Below are positions 43,575 through 53,471 of a stretch of 53,638 nt of DNA, one piece after another. Under the pieces are notes generated by a model. The model worked only from the letters and a program-made list of their open reading frames with translations. It was not told the origin of the DNA and did no database searches. Source of the DNA: an uncultured Flavobacteriales bacterium. GTDB lineage: Bacteria > Bacteroidota > Bacteroidia > AKYH767-A > 2013-40CM-41-45. Location of the stretch: the NCBI GenBank assembly GCA_964355035.1, contig CAYHCU010000001.1, forward strand, positions 1 to 53,638. Direction: 5' to 3'. The position numbers and the translations under genes are program-made. Each line of letters begins with the position of its first letter. The first letter of the stretch is position 1.

Positions 43575-46500
43575 ATGAAGAAATTATTTTCTGCGGCAAT
43601 TCTATTGCTCATGTCCTGGACATCTAGTGCACAAACATTCTACTGGAATGGGAATTCCCCGATTTTTGATAATACTACAGATACAGTTCCAATTGTGGTT
43701 TCTGGTTTACCAACAGTGATTGATACAAGTTTTGGAGTTGCTCATATTTGCATGAATATTACTCATACTTACAAAGCCGATTTGTTGATCAAATTAGTTT
43801 CACCAAGTGGTTTATCCGTTACTCTTATTTCCGGTATTGGTGGATCTGCTGATAATTTCTTGGGTACATGCGTGGGAATGGACGGAACATCGTTTAGTAA
43901 TTCACAAGCTCCATACACAGGAATATTTCTTCCAACGGGTGATGTAAGTTTATTTAACAACGGACAAAATCCAAACGGAACATGGCTCTTCATTGTGAAA
44001 GATCAGGCAACTGCAGATACGGGTTCTATCCATCAGGCAAGTATTGTTTTCGTAAATAATCCTCCTGTGAACGGAAACACCGGTGGTGGTGGTGGCCCAA
44101 CAGGAACTTACAATTGTCCGACTTGTGTTTGTCCGGGTGGAGCTGCAGGATGCGATCTTCTTCCTGACATGACATCTTCTGCAAAAGAAATTTTGGTGAA
44201 TCATAATGAAACCCCCGGAGCACTATACATTTCTAATGCTACTCCTAATATCGGTTATGGTCCAATCGACATCTTTGGAATTGACTCTTGCTTTTGCGGA
44301 ACAACCTATGTACCCTGCGGAACTGTTTGTCCGAATGGTCAGGACATAAAGCATATAGTTAAACAACGTATCTACCAAAAAATTCCGGGACAAGATACAC
44401 TGGGATTCTATGATCGCATAGCTGGCGCAATGACTTATCATGCAACGCATGGTCACTTACATGTTGATCATTGGGCAAATTATACATTGCGAACTGCAAC
44501 ATCTAATCCTGATGCAACCACATGGCCTATCGTTGGTACGGGTGTGAAACAAAGTTTTTGTCTAATTAATCTTGGAACATGTTCAGGAAATCCCGGAGAA
44601 TGTGTAGACAATAACGGAAATACACTAACAACTTTCCCGAATAACAATCTCGGTTTTCATACCGGTTGCGGACTTACGCAAGGAATTTATCCGGGTAATT
44701 ATGATGTTTACAGTATTTCACTTAACGATCCTATTCCATTAGTCAACGTTTGCAACGGACTTTACTACATTGTCTCTATTACTGACCCCGATAATAATTT
44801 CCTGGAAAGCGATGAAACAAATAATTGGGTCGCTGTTCCAATTACACTTACACAACAAAACAATTCACCAACTATCACCGCAAGTGGTTCAACATTAATT
44901 TGCCAGGGTAGCAGCGTCACACTTACTTCAAATACTGCGAGTAATTATCTGTGGTCAACCGGCGCAACAACTCAATCAATTGTGGTTTCTTCTGCAGGAT
45001 CTTATACAGTGTCTTCGAATTGCGGTACTTCGGTTGCAACTTCTTCTCCGGTTATTGTATCAATTATTCCATTAAACACAACTGCAACTGCAAGTCCAAC
45101 ACCTGTTTCCTGCAATGGTAATTCAATACAATTAAATGCAAATGCAACTTCCGGAGGAACACAGAATGTTCCGCTTACATTTAGCAGTAATTTGCAAGTT
45201 GTAATTCCTGATAACAATGCTACAGGAGTTACTTCTGCTATTACGGTTTCCGGAATTAATCCTGCAACGTTAACTGCGTCTTCTGTAGTTTCAGTAAAAC
45301 TTAATCTTACTCATACTTATGACGGCGATCTTGCTGTCTCTTTAATTTCTCCTTCCGGAAATACTATTTTTCTTAGTAACCGTCGGGGAAGTGGAGGTGA
45401 TAATTTTATCAATACCGTTTTTTCAATGTCTGCTGCAACATTGGTAAGCGCCGGCACTGCTCCTTTCACTGGTTCATACAAACCTGATGGAACTTTTAGT
45501 TCGCTGACAGGAAATGCAAATGGAACCTGGCTATTGAAAGTACAGGATCTTGCCGGTGTTGACACAGGAAGAATTCAAAATTGGAATATAATTATCAATA
45601 CAGCAGTCCCGGAGACATTCAATTATTCCTGGACAAGCATTCCTGCGGGATTTACTTCTTCATTACAAAATCCAACTGATATTCCAATAATATCAAGCAC
45701 TTATTCTGTTGTAGTAACAAGTACCGGAACAGGTTGCACAACTACAAATTCGGTTTTAGTATCTGTACCGGAAGTTCTAACAATTTCCGGTTTCACTCCG
45801 GCAAGTGGTGTACCTGGAACATTAGTTGTAATTAATGGTTCCGGATTTACTTCTGCATCATCGGTTAGTTTCGCCGGAATAAATGCAAGTAGTTTCACAG
45901 TAATCAGTCCAACACAAATTGAAGCAATCGTTCCCAATAGCGTAGCAACAAGTGGTGTTATTTGCATAACCAATAACACTGGCTGTACTGTTTGCAGTAT
46001 TTCCAATTTCACTATCAATTCCGGAATAACATTAAACCTGAAATTATACCTCGAAGGATTTTATATTTCAAGCGGAATTATGCAAGCCTCTGTTGATCCA
46101 ATTAGCTATCCAACTTTGTGCGATACTATTGTTGTTGAATTGCATCAGGCGACTTCGCCTTACAGCTTTGTTCAGAGTTTTAAAAGTACGATCAATACTG
46201 CCGGTGAAGGAAGTTTTGTTTTCCCATCTAATCTTTTGAATAATTCATATTTCATCAGTGTACATCACCGGAACTCTATTGAAACATGGAGTGCCTCACC
46301 GGTAACATTTACAACGGCAATAACAACCTATATCTTCAGCGATGCAATTACCAAAGCACAAGGAAACAATATGCGAAATCTTGGTGATGGTAATTTCGCC
46401 CTTTTCTCAGGCGATGTAAACCAGGAAGGCACTGTTGAATTTATCGACATGAATAGCGTACAAAGTGCATCTTTGATCAACTTAATCGGCTATCAACCAC

Positions 46501-46586
46501 AAGACCTCAATGGCGATGGTATTGTTGAATCTGCAGATTATAGCTTAGTAGAAAATAATTTGCTGAAGTTTAAGGTTCGGCCGTAG
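43575..46586 (+). CDS. Secreted multidomain protein: P domain + lysyl-oxidase-like catalytic domain + P domain + IPT/TIG + dockerin-like pair
   Basis: 1003 aa. Two proprotein-convertase P-domain patterns (ITHTYKADLLIKLVSPSG...NGTWLFIVKD.A..DTG; LTHTYDGDLAVSLISPSG...NGTWLLKVQDLAGVDTG). YHATHGHLHVDHW, VKQSFCL and GIYPGNYDVY...ITDPDNNFLESDETNNW are colinear with the LOX catalytic domain. ISGFTPASGVPGTLVVINGSGF (IPT). GDVNQEGTVEFID and DLNGDGIVESAD. Confidence 0.7.
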   Translation: MKKLFSAAILLLMSWTSSAQTFYWNGNSPIFDNTTDTVPIVVSGLPTVIDTSFGVAHICMNITHTYKADLLIKLVSPSGLSVTLISGIGGSADNFLGTCVGMDGTSFSNSQAPYTGIFLPTGDVSLFNNGQNPNGTWLFIVKDQATADTGSIHQASIVFVNNPPVNGNTGGGGGPTGTYNCPTCVCPGGAAGCDLLPDMTSSAKEILVNHNETPGALYISNATPNIGYGPIDIFGIDSCFCGTTYVPCGTVCPNGQDIKHIVKQRIYQKIPGQDTLGFYDRIAGAMTYHATHGHLHVDHWANYTLRTATSNPDATTWPIVGTGVKQSFCLINLGTCSGNPGECVDNNGNTLTTFPNNNLGFHTGCGLTQGIYPGNYDVYSISLNDPIPLVNVCNGLYYIVSITDPDNNFLESDETNNWVAVPITLTQQNNSPTITASGSTLICQGSSVTLTSNTASNYLWSTGATTQSIVVSSAGSYTVSSNCGTSVATSSPVIVSIIPLNTTATASPTPVSCNGNSIQLNANATSGGTQNVPLTFSSNLQVVIPDNNATGVTSAITVSGINPATLTASSVVSVKLNLTHTYDGDLAVSLISPSGNTIFLSNRRGSGGDNFINTVFSMSAATLVSAGTAPFTGSYKPDGTFSSLTGNANGTWLLKVQDLAGVDTGRIQNWNIIINTAVPETFNYSWTSIPAGFTSSLQNPTDIPIISSTYSVVVTSTGTGCTTTNSVLVSVPEVLTISGFTPASGVPGTLVVINGSGFTSASSVSFAGINASSFTVISPTQIEAIVPNSVATSGVICITNNTGCTVCSISNFTINSGITLNLKLYLEGFYISSGIMQASVDPISYPTLCDTIVVELHQATSPYSFVQSFKSTINTAGEGSFVFPSNLLNNSYFISVHHRNSIETWSASPVTFTTAITTYIFSDAITKAQGNNMRNLGDGNFALFSGDVNQEGTVEFIDMNSVQSASLINLIGYQPQDLNGDGIVESADYSLVENNLLKFKVRP

Positions 46587-46610
46587 CATCCGGCAAGGAT
46601 TTCGTCATAT

Positions 46611-46768
46611 TCTAGGCACGACAGTAAACCGAATTTCGGAATGCGGATTTCGGATTTCGGATTAGGCGGGAGTTTTTATTCTCAGCCTGGTAAATGAATG
46701 TGACCTTTTTATATTCATAGCTTATGCAGTATGAAAATCCGCAATCACCAAAGCGAAATCCGAAATCA
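46611..46768. repeat. CGGATTT-family heptamer arms bracketing a ~70-nt spacer, preceded by an 18-nt motif shared with 9510-9527
   Basis: tctaggcacgacagtaaa (46611-46628), then gaatttcggaatgcggatttcggatttcggatt (46631-46663), a spacer, then aaaatccgcaatcaccaaagcgaaatccgaaatc (46734-46768). Confidence 0.8.
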
Positions 46769-46821
46769 TTCCTCCTTTTGCCTTAACTTTTCGTATCTTC
46801 GTAGCCGATTAAAAAATACGA

Positions 46822-48057
46822 ATGGAAGAATCAGGATTTGATGCATTTAATTTTAGTGACGACTTACTAGATGGTCTTTATACCATGGGTTATGACAAGC
46901 CTACACCAATTCAAAATAGTGTAATTCCTGCTATTTTAGCTCGAAAAGACGTTATTGCTTGCGCACAAACAGGAACAGGAAAAACTGCTGCTTACTTACT
47001 GCCGACTTTACAGCAGATTTCCGATAGCAAAACTCCCCATACAGCAGCCCTTATTTTAGCACCGACACGCGAACTTGCTGTTCAAATAGACCAGGCTTTT
47101 CAAGGTTTCGCATACTTCACTCATGCCAGTTCAATTGCCGTTTATGGTGGAAATGACGGTTTCTCATTTGATCGCGAAAAGAAAGCGCTCATGCAAGGTA
47201 CCTCTGTTATTATTGCCACTCCCGGTCGTTTACTCAGTCATTTGAAATTGGGCTATGTGAAAATGGATCAACTTGAAACTCTCATTCTCGACGAAGCAGA
47301 TAAAATGCTCGACATGGGTTTCTATGATGACATCATGCTGATCAATAAATTTTTGCCGGCGAAAAAACAAATTCTATTGTTTAGTGCTACCATGCCTGTG
47401 AAAATTCGTCCGCTGGCAAAAAAATTATTGCATGATCCTGTCGAAATAAATATTGCTATCAGTAAACCTGCAAGTGGTGTTGATCAAAAAGCGTATGTTC
47501 TTTTCGATGATCAAAAAAATAATTTGATAATTCATCTTTTAGCTGAACGGAAAATAAGTACAGCCTTAATATTTGCTTCAACAAAAATATCTGTTAAAAC
47601 GCTGGAGAAGGAATTGCAAAAACGAAACCTTCCTGCTGCAGCAATTCATAGTGACCTCACACAGGAAATGCGCGAAAGCGTTTTACTGAATTTCAAAAAC
47701 AGAAAAGTTCCTGTTCTTATTGCTACAGATATTTTATCGAGAGGAATTGACATTGAAAACATCGGACTTGTTATCAATTACGATGTGCCTGCAGATGCAG
47801 AAGATTATGTGCATCGTGTGGGTAGGACTGCACGAGCAGAAACTACAGGAGAAGCAATTACATTCATCAGTCAGAAGGATCAGGCAAAATTTGTACAGAT
47901 AGAAACTTTCATTGAAAGTGAAATCCCAAAAATTCCTTTACCGGAATCAGTAGGTGTTGGTCCGGTCTGGAACCCGACTGAAAAAAAGAAAACAGGTTTC
48001 GGTGGTCGAAGGAACTTTTCGAACAAGAAAAAATCTAATCACGGTCCGAAAAAATAA
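46822..48057 (+). CDS. DEAD-box ATP-dependent RNA helicase
   Basis: 411 aa. Q-motif GYDKPTPIQ, AQTGTGKT, PTRELA, DEAD, SAT, HRVGRTAR and a basic C-terminal tail. Confidence 0.95.
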   Translation: MEESGFDAFNFSDDLLDGLYTMGYDKPTPIQNSVIPAILARKDVIACAQTGTGKTAAYLLPTLQQISDSKTPHTAALILAPTRELAVQIDQAFQGFAYFTHASSIAVYGGNDGFSFDREKKALMQGTSVIIATPGRLLSHLKLGYVKMDQLETLILDEADKMLDMGFYDDIMLINKFLPAKKQILLFSATMPVKIRPLAKKLLHDPVEINIAISKPASGVDQKAYVLFDDQKNNLIIHLLAERKISTALIFASTKISVKTLEKELQKRNLPAAAIHSDLTQEMRESVLLNFKNRKVPVLIATDILSRGIDIENIGLVINYDVPADAEDYVHRVGRTARAETTGEAITFISQKDQAKFVQIETFIESEIPKIPLPESVGVGPVWNPTEKKKTGFGGRRNFSNKKKSNHGPKK

Positions 48058-48071
48058 TCATTCAATCGCTT

Positions 48072-48305
48072 ATGTTAACCAACAACGACATTTTCAAAAA
48101 GCTCCGCGTTGCTCTTGAATTAAAAGACGACGATATCGTTAAAATTCTAAAGCTCGTCGATTACGAAATCGGCAAAACCGAATTAAGTGCAATTTTTCGA
48201 AATGAAGACCATCCAAACTATAAAATTTGCGGAGATCAGTTGCTCAGAAACTTTCTGAATGGACTGGTGATTTATAAGAGAGGTCCGAGGCCGGAGAAAA
48301 AGTAG
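48072..48305 (+). CDS. DUF1456 (YehS-like) family protein
   Basis: 77 aa. NDIFKKLRVALELKDDDIVKILKL...ELSAIFRNEDHPNYKICGDQLLRNFLNGLVIYKRG matches the DUF1456 repeat pattern. Confidence 0.75.
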   Translation: MLTNNDIFKKLRVALELKDDDIVKILKLVDYEIGKTELSAIFRNEDHPNYKICGDQLLRNFLNGLVIYKRGPRPEKK

Positions 48306-48310
48306 GCTGA

Positions 48311-48716
48311 ATGATTTCGGAATTCGGATTGGGGATTTCGGATTGACCACAACACGAATTCTTGGTCACATTCATAAATTCCGAGAGTGAGTTCATTGGT
48401 TGCGGAAGCACTATAATTTTTTTGTCCCACAGAAACCGAATATAGACTTATTTTCTCATTGTAAAATCTGCGTTTGATCTGCGTATTCCGCGATATCTGC
48501 GGGAGAAAATTAAACTGCATTTATTTCCCGCAGATATCGCGGAATACGCAGATCAAACGCAGATTCAATGTGACTAAAGTCCATTTTCTCTTCTGAAAAT
48601 TTTCCGGGTATTCTCAGGAAAAAAAATTGAAATGCTCTCACATTAAATTGCGCCCCAACTATTAATACTGCCCTCGATTAAGCGCAATCCGAATTCCAAA
48701 ATCCGAAATCCGAAAT
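48311..48716. repeat. Composite element: inverted CGGATTT-family heptamer arms enclosing ~340 nt of cargo (includes dispersed-element copy C)
   Basis: Left arm atgatttcggaattcggattggggatttcggatt (48311-48344). Right arm aatccgaattccaaaatccgaaatccgaaat (48686-48716). Lies between convergent genes. Confidence 0.8.
48404..48666. repeat. Dispersed intergenic element, copy C, containing a perfect 40-bp inverted repeat
   Basis: 48465-48504 (aatctgcgtttgatctgcgtattccgcgatatctgcggga) is the exact reverse complement of 48526-48565, with a 21-nt loop. The tail caatgtgactaaagtccatttt...ctgaaaattttccggg...aaaaaaaattgaaatgctctcacattaaattgcgccccaactattaat aligns with copy A. Confidence 0.9.
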
Positions 48717-48751
48717 AAAAATTACTCCCGCAACTTAACTACCTACATCTC

Positions 48752-49219
48752 CTACATCTCCCCCAACTCCTTCTGAAAATCAAATTGTAAATCCTCATGT
48801 AATTTAGAAATTGCTATACCAATTTTCTTTTGCTGATTGGCAACCATATTCACTAAAACCTGACTGTCATAATATGGAATATCGGAGGCTTTCAATGTTT
48901 TGCAAAAATGAATTAAAAGAATAGCTTCAGTTTCTTTATTGCCGGAAAAACGACAGTTCTTATTGATGGTACGTAAAATTTTACGCAGACTTTTTTTTGC
49001 TAAATATAAATTACTGCGATTCATTTCGAGAAACTGTTGTTCGGTCTCGGCTTTTATCTTTTCACGAAAACCATCTTCATCGTCCGATTCATTCAGCAAA
49101 TAATCAAGTAACTCTTTATTTTCTTTTTTGTGTTTGGAAATTCGAATACAGATCTCGGTAACTTTCTTTGGCGGAAGTTTTTGAAGTTGCTTGTTAAGAT
49201 CGGATATTGAATTCGTCAT
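48752..49219 (-). CDS. Hypothetical protein, last gene of the gltX-glnS-folB string
   Basis: 155 aa, ATG 14 nt after the folB stop. Helical, charged; no family confidently recognised. Confidence 0.5.
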   Translation of the reverse strand: MTNSISDLNKQLQKLPPKKVTEICIRISKHKKENKELLDYLLNESDDEDGFREKIKAETEQQFLEMNRSNLYLAKKSLRKILRTINKNCRFSGNKETEAILLIHFCKTLKASDIPYYDSQVLVNMVANQQKKIGIAISKLHEDLQFDFQKELGEM

Positions 49220-49233
49220 GGATTTAAAACAGA

Positions 49234-49587
49234 TTAGTCGCGATTCACCATCACTGAAACTTCTGCTACATCACCATTTATTGGAGGCGCTATCTTTATC
49301 AGCTCAACTTCAAGATAATCAATCTGCGGGATTTCTTTTTTCAGCGCATCTGCAATTCGCGCGGCTGCATGTTCAATCAACTTCGAACGAATCTTCATTT
49401 CACGAACTACGATCCGATGGACATCACAATAATCTACCGTCGCAGACAGCTTATCCTTTTTTTCAGCCTCCGAAAAATCTGTCTCTATCTGAATATTGAT
49501 ATTATAATGTCCTCCTATCTTTGCTTCTTCTGCAAGACAGCCATGATACGCATAAACACGGATTGGACCCACTCTGATTATTCCCAT
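49234..49587 (-). CDS. folB: Dihydroneopterin aldolase
   Basis: 117 aa. IRVYAYHGCLAEEAKIGGHYNINIQIE...LSATVDYCDVHRIV...SKLIEHAAARIA is the FolB pattern (G.H....E...GQ.f.vd......D.l..tv.Y). Confidence 0.85.
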   Translation of the reverse strand: MGIIRVGPIRVYAYHGCLAEEAKIGGHYNINIQIETDFSEAEKKDKLSATVDYCDVHRIVVREMKIRSKLIEHAAARIADALKKEIPQIDYLEVELIKIAPPINGDVAEVSVMVNRD

Positions 49588-49608
49588 TTTCTATCTGATA
49601 AATCTAAA

Positions 49609-51279
49609 TTATTTTTTTGCTGCTTCTTTCGCCCAAGAATCTTTCAACGTAACTGTTCTGTTCAAAACAATATTATTATCTGTTGAATCCGGATCGACAC
49701 AGAAATATCCTTTGCGGACAAACTGGAATTTATCTCCGCTCTTTGCTGTTTTCAAAATTGGTTCGGCATAAGCGACCTTTATTACCTCCAGACTTTTCGG
49801 ATTCAGATGATCTTTGAAATCTCCTTCTGCATTGGAGGGGTCTTCAGGTAGAAATAATCTGTCGTACATACGCAATTCACATTGTACTGCCTGCGGAACA
49901 CTTACCCAATGAAGAGTTCCCTTCACACTTACACCACTTGTGTCATTTCCACTTTTGCTTTCAGGAATATAATTACAATGTATCTCTGTAACATTTCCAT
50001 TGTCATCTTTTTTGAAGGAAACACATTCGACAATATATGCATGTTTCAACCGAACTTTTAATCCCGGGCCTAAACGAAAATATTTCTTTGTCGGCTCCTC
50101 CATAAAATCATCCCGTTCAATCCACAACTCTTTGGAGAATGGAATTTCACGCATACCGCCTTTGTCTTCAGCTTCCGGATTATTTTCGCCGTGCAACATT
50201 TCAACATGACCATCAGCGTAATTATCGATGATCAATTTAATCGGATCCGTTACTACCATCACGCGGTTTGAACGTTTGTTCAGATCTTCGCGAATGAAAT
50301 ATTCCAGCAGGCCAACATCGATCATATTCTCTCGTCTTGCTACTCCAATGCGATCGCAAAATTCGCGTATACTTTCAGGAGTATAACCACGACGACGATA
50401 ACCGCTGATCGTTGGCATTCGTGGATCGTCCCAACCGTTTACATGTTTTTCATTTACTAACTGAAGTAATTTACGTTTACTCATCACAGTGTACGTGAGA
50501 TTCAAACGCGCAAATTCATACTGATTACTTGGAAAAATATTCAGCTTCTCAATAAACCATTCGTACACCGGACGATGGACTTCAAACTCTAATGTGCAAA
50601 TTGAATGTGTAATGTTTTCTATGGAATCGCATTGTCCATGTGCGTAATCGTACATAGGATAAATGCACCATTTGTCACCCGTGCGATGATGTTTTACATG
50701 ACGAATACGATACATCAACGGATCACGAAAATGCATATTCGGAGAAGTCATGTCGATCTTTGCGCGTAATGTTTTCTCGCCATCTTTGAATTCTCCTCCG
50801 CGCATACGAGCGAATAGCGAAAGATTTTCTTCAACACTTCTGTCACGATACGGACTATTTTTTCCCGGCTCAGTAGGCGTTCCTTTCATTGAAGCAATTT
50901 CCTCCGCAGAAGAATCATCAACATAAGCAAAACCTTTTTTGATAAGATCGCAAGCGTAATCATATAGCTGCTCAAAATAATCCGAAGCATAAAATTCATT
51001 GCTCCATTCAAAACCTAACCAGCGAATATCATTTTTTATACTCTCAACATATTCTGTATCTTCAGTTACCGGATTTGTATCATCGAAACGAAGATTTGTT
51101 TTTCCACCAAACTGTTGCGCTAAACCAAAATTGAGGCAAATCGATTTTGAATGACCAATATGTAAATATCCATTTGGCTCCGGAGGGAAGCGTGTGAGTA
51201 CACGTCCGCCATGCTTTCCATTTTTTACATCTTCGGCAACAATCTCCTCAAGAAAATTTTGACTTTTTTCAATTGACAT
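49609..51279 (-). CDS. glnS: Glutamine--tRNA ligase
   Basis: 556 aa, colinear with E. coli GlnRS: [72 protein letters not shown]. Confidence 0.95.
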   Translation of the reverse strand: MSIEKSQNFLEEIVAEDVKNGKHGGRVLTRFPPEPNGYLHIGHSKSICLNFGLAQQFGGKTNLRFDDTNPVTEDTEYVESIKNDIRWLGFEWSNEFYASDYFEQLYDYACDLIKKGFAYVDDSSAEEIASMKGTPTEPGKNSPYRDRSVEENLSLFARMRGGEFKDGEKTLRAKIDMTSPNMHFRDPLMYRIRHVKHHRTGDKWCIYPMYDYAHGQCDSIENITHSICTLEFEVHRPVYEWFIEKLNIFPSNQYEFARLNLTYTVMSKRKLLQLVNEKHVNGWDDPRMPTISGYRRRGYTPESIREFCDRIGVARRENMIDVGLLEYFIREDLNKRSNRVMVVTDPIKLIIDNYADGHVEMLHGENNPEAEDKGGMREIPFSKELWIERDDFMEEPTKKYFRLGPGLKVRLKHAYIVECVSFKKDDNGNVTEIHCNYIPESKSGNDTSGVSVKGTLHWVSVPQAVQCELRMYDRLFLPEDPSNAEGDFKDHLNPKSLEVIKVAYAEPILKTAKSGDKFQFVRKGYFCVDPDSTDNNIVLNRTVTLKDSWAKEAAKK

Positions 51280-51280
51280 A

Positions 51281-52849
51281 TTAATTCGATTTTGCAGACA
51301 TTGACTGCATTATTTTATTTACTCCATTATTTAATCTGGCAATCACTTCTTCTTTACCCAGCAATTCAATTGTTCCTGAAAGTTCCACGCCTGTACCTAA
51401 TCCGCTGAGTAAAACTCTGAATAATTGCAATACATCGCCTGGCTTAAGTTGATGAGCTGCCGCTGTCTCTTTAAATTTCAAATCGACATCTGCTCCGGAG
51501 AAAGAATCCATCTGCTTTAAAACATCAGATAATGCTATAAAGAAACTCTCAAATCCGGGTTTCCATTTTTTAGCAATAACTTGTTCGTCGTAAGTGGTTG
51601 GCGCAATGAATAAGTATGTTTCCTTTTCAACAAATTCATTTTCAAATTGAACTCGCTCCAGTAATAATGAAACTACTTTAGACAAATATTCGCGTGAAAG
51701 TCTTTTGTCGCTGTCATTAAATTTATAAGTAGCCGCAACCATTGGTTTTAACAACGCCACCAAGTTTTCAATTGGTTGAAGACGCAGGTAATGCTGATTA
51801 AACCATTTTGTTTTCTCGGGATCAAATTTTGCTCCGCTTTTATTTACTCTTTCCAAAGAAAAATCGTGAATTAATTCGTCTAAGGAAAAAATTTCCTGAT
51901 CACCACTCGGATGCCAGCCTAATAAAACTAACATATTTATAAAAGCAGCAGGAATGTAATTTTTCTCTCTGTAACCTGACGACAACTCTCCTGTAACCGG
52001 ATCTGTCCAATTCAAAGGAAAGACAGGAAATCCTAAACGATCACCATCGCGTTTGCTTAACTTTCCATTTCCATCAGGTTTTAATAACAATGGAAGATGC
52101 GAAAATTTCGGCATCACTTTTTCCCAACCTAAATATCGATATAACAAAACATGCAATGGTGCCGATGGCAACCACTCTTCTCCGCGAATAACATGTGTGA
52201 TCTGCATTAAGAAATCATCGACTACATTTGCTAAATGATACGTCGGCATTCCATCACTCTTGAAAAGCACTTTGTCGTCGAGTTGTGATGTATGAACTCT
52301 AACTTCACCGCGAATCAAATCATGCACCAACACTTCTTCATCAGCCGGAATCTGCAACCGAATTACAAATGAATCACCTGCATGAATTCTTCTTTCAACT
52401 TCATCAGGTGAAAGAGTTAGTGAATTGACTAATTGTTTTCTGGTGATTGCATTGTATGAGAAAGCCGATTTCTCCGCTTCCATTTTTTTTCTTAACGCAT
52501 CTAATTCCATTTCACTATCGAAAGCATAATAAGCATGACCGGTTTGTACCAACTTCTCAGCATACTGCCGATAAATCGCCATCCGTTCGCTTTGCCGATA
52601 AGGTGCATGCGGCCCATCGCCGAAACCAACACCTTCATTCGGACAAATGCCACACCATTTCAATGAATCAATGATGTATTGCTCCGCTCCAGGCACATAA
52701 CGATTTTGATCAGTATCTTCGATTCGCAGAATGAAATCACCATTATGCTTTTTTGCAAACAGATAATTATACAATGCTGTTCTCACTCCACCCATATGAA
52801 GAGGCCCGGTTGGACTGGGAGCAAAACGTACGCGAACTTTTCTTTCCAT
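51281..52849 (-). CDS. gltX: Glutamate--tRNA ligase
   Basis: 522 aa. [46 protein letters not shown] (KMSKS-type). Confidence 0.95.
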   Translation of the reverse strand: MERKVRVRFAPSPTGPLHMGGVRTALYNYLFAKKHNGDFILRIEDTDQNRYVPGAEQYIIDSLKWCGICPNEGVGFGDGPHAPYRQSERMAIYRQYAEKLVQTGHAYYAFDSEMELDALRKKMEAEKSAFSYNAITRKQLVNSLTLSPDEVERRIHAGDSFVIRLQIPADEEVLVHDLIRGEVRVHTSQLDDKVLFKSDGMPTYHLANVVDDFLMQITHVIRGEEWLPSAPLHVLLYRYLGWEKVMPKFSHLPLLLKPDGNGKLSKRDGDRLGFPVFPLNWTDPVTGELSSGYREKNYIPAAFINMLVLLGWHPSGDQEIFSLDELIHDFSLERVNKSGAKFDPEKTKWFNQHYLRLQPIENLVALLKPMVAATYKFNDSDKRLSREYLSKVVSLLLERVQFENEFVEKETYLFIAPTTYDEQVIAKKWKPGFESFFIALSDVLKQMDSFSGADVDLKFKETAAAHQLKPGDVLQLFRVLLSGLGTGVELSGTIELLGKEEVIARLNNGVNKIMQSMSAKSN

Positions 52850-53375
52850 TTTTTGGGGTTATTCAGGAGGCAAAGATAGGATTTTGAGGGAGAAATGAGA
52901 GCCAAATAGAATCTAGTGTCGTGCTTCATTCTGAATATTTGGCAACTGTGTAAGAAAAGAACCAGCATTTGTGCGGTAACGTTTGTCATTTAATATTTGG
53001 TCATTGTGACATTTATTCGTTCTGCCCATAGTGGCAGCCTGTAAGAGGGGAAAAGTATGGGGTATATCCTTACAGGGGGCGAAAGCCTTCCTATTTAACC
53101 ATGAAATTTTATTGTTTATTATGATTGAGAAATTTGGGAACAATTTTATTTAAATTTTCCCCGGGGCGTGCTTTGTCTAAGAAAATCAATATGATTTCGA
53201 AATGCAAATTGGTTTTTGTTGTCGATTTAAAAAAATGCAATGCCAATTCACATACGACCCCTCCCGGGTCGCATCGACAATACTGCGTTTGTGCTATAAA
53301 CATGTAACTCCTCTGGAGTCATTTGGGGTAAATTATTAGAGGCAATTTTTCAATATTATCCTAAAGCGCAAAAAT

Positions 53376-53471
53376 GGAAATTTGGTTTTGGGAATTTCGG
53401 ATATCGAATTTAAAACTCAGAATTTGGAAAAGGTTAGCTGCAAAGCACAAAAATCCGCATTCCGAAATTTC
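53376..53471. repeat. Third CGGATTT-family inverted arm pair
   Basis: ggaaatttggttttgggaatttcggatatcgaattt ... aaaatccgcattccgaaatttc, with a ~38-nt spacer. Confidence 0.7.
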
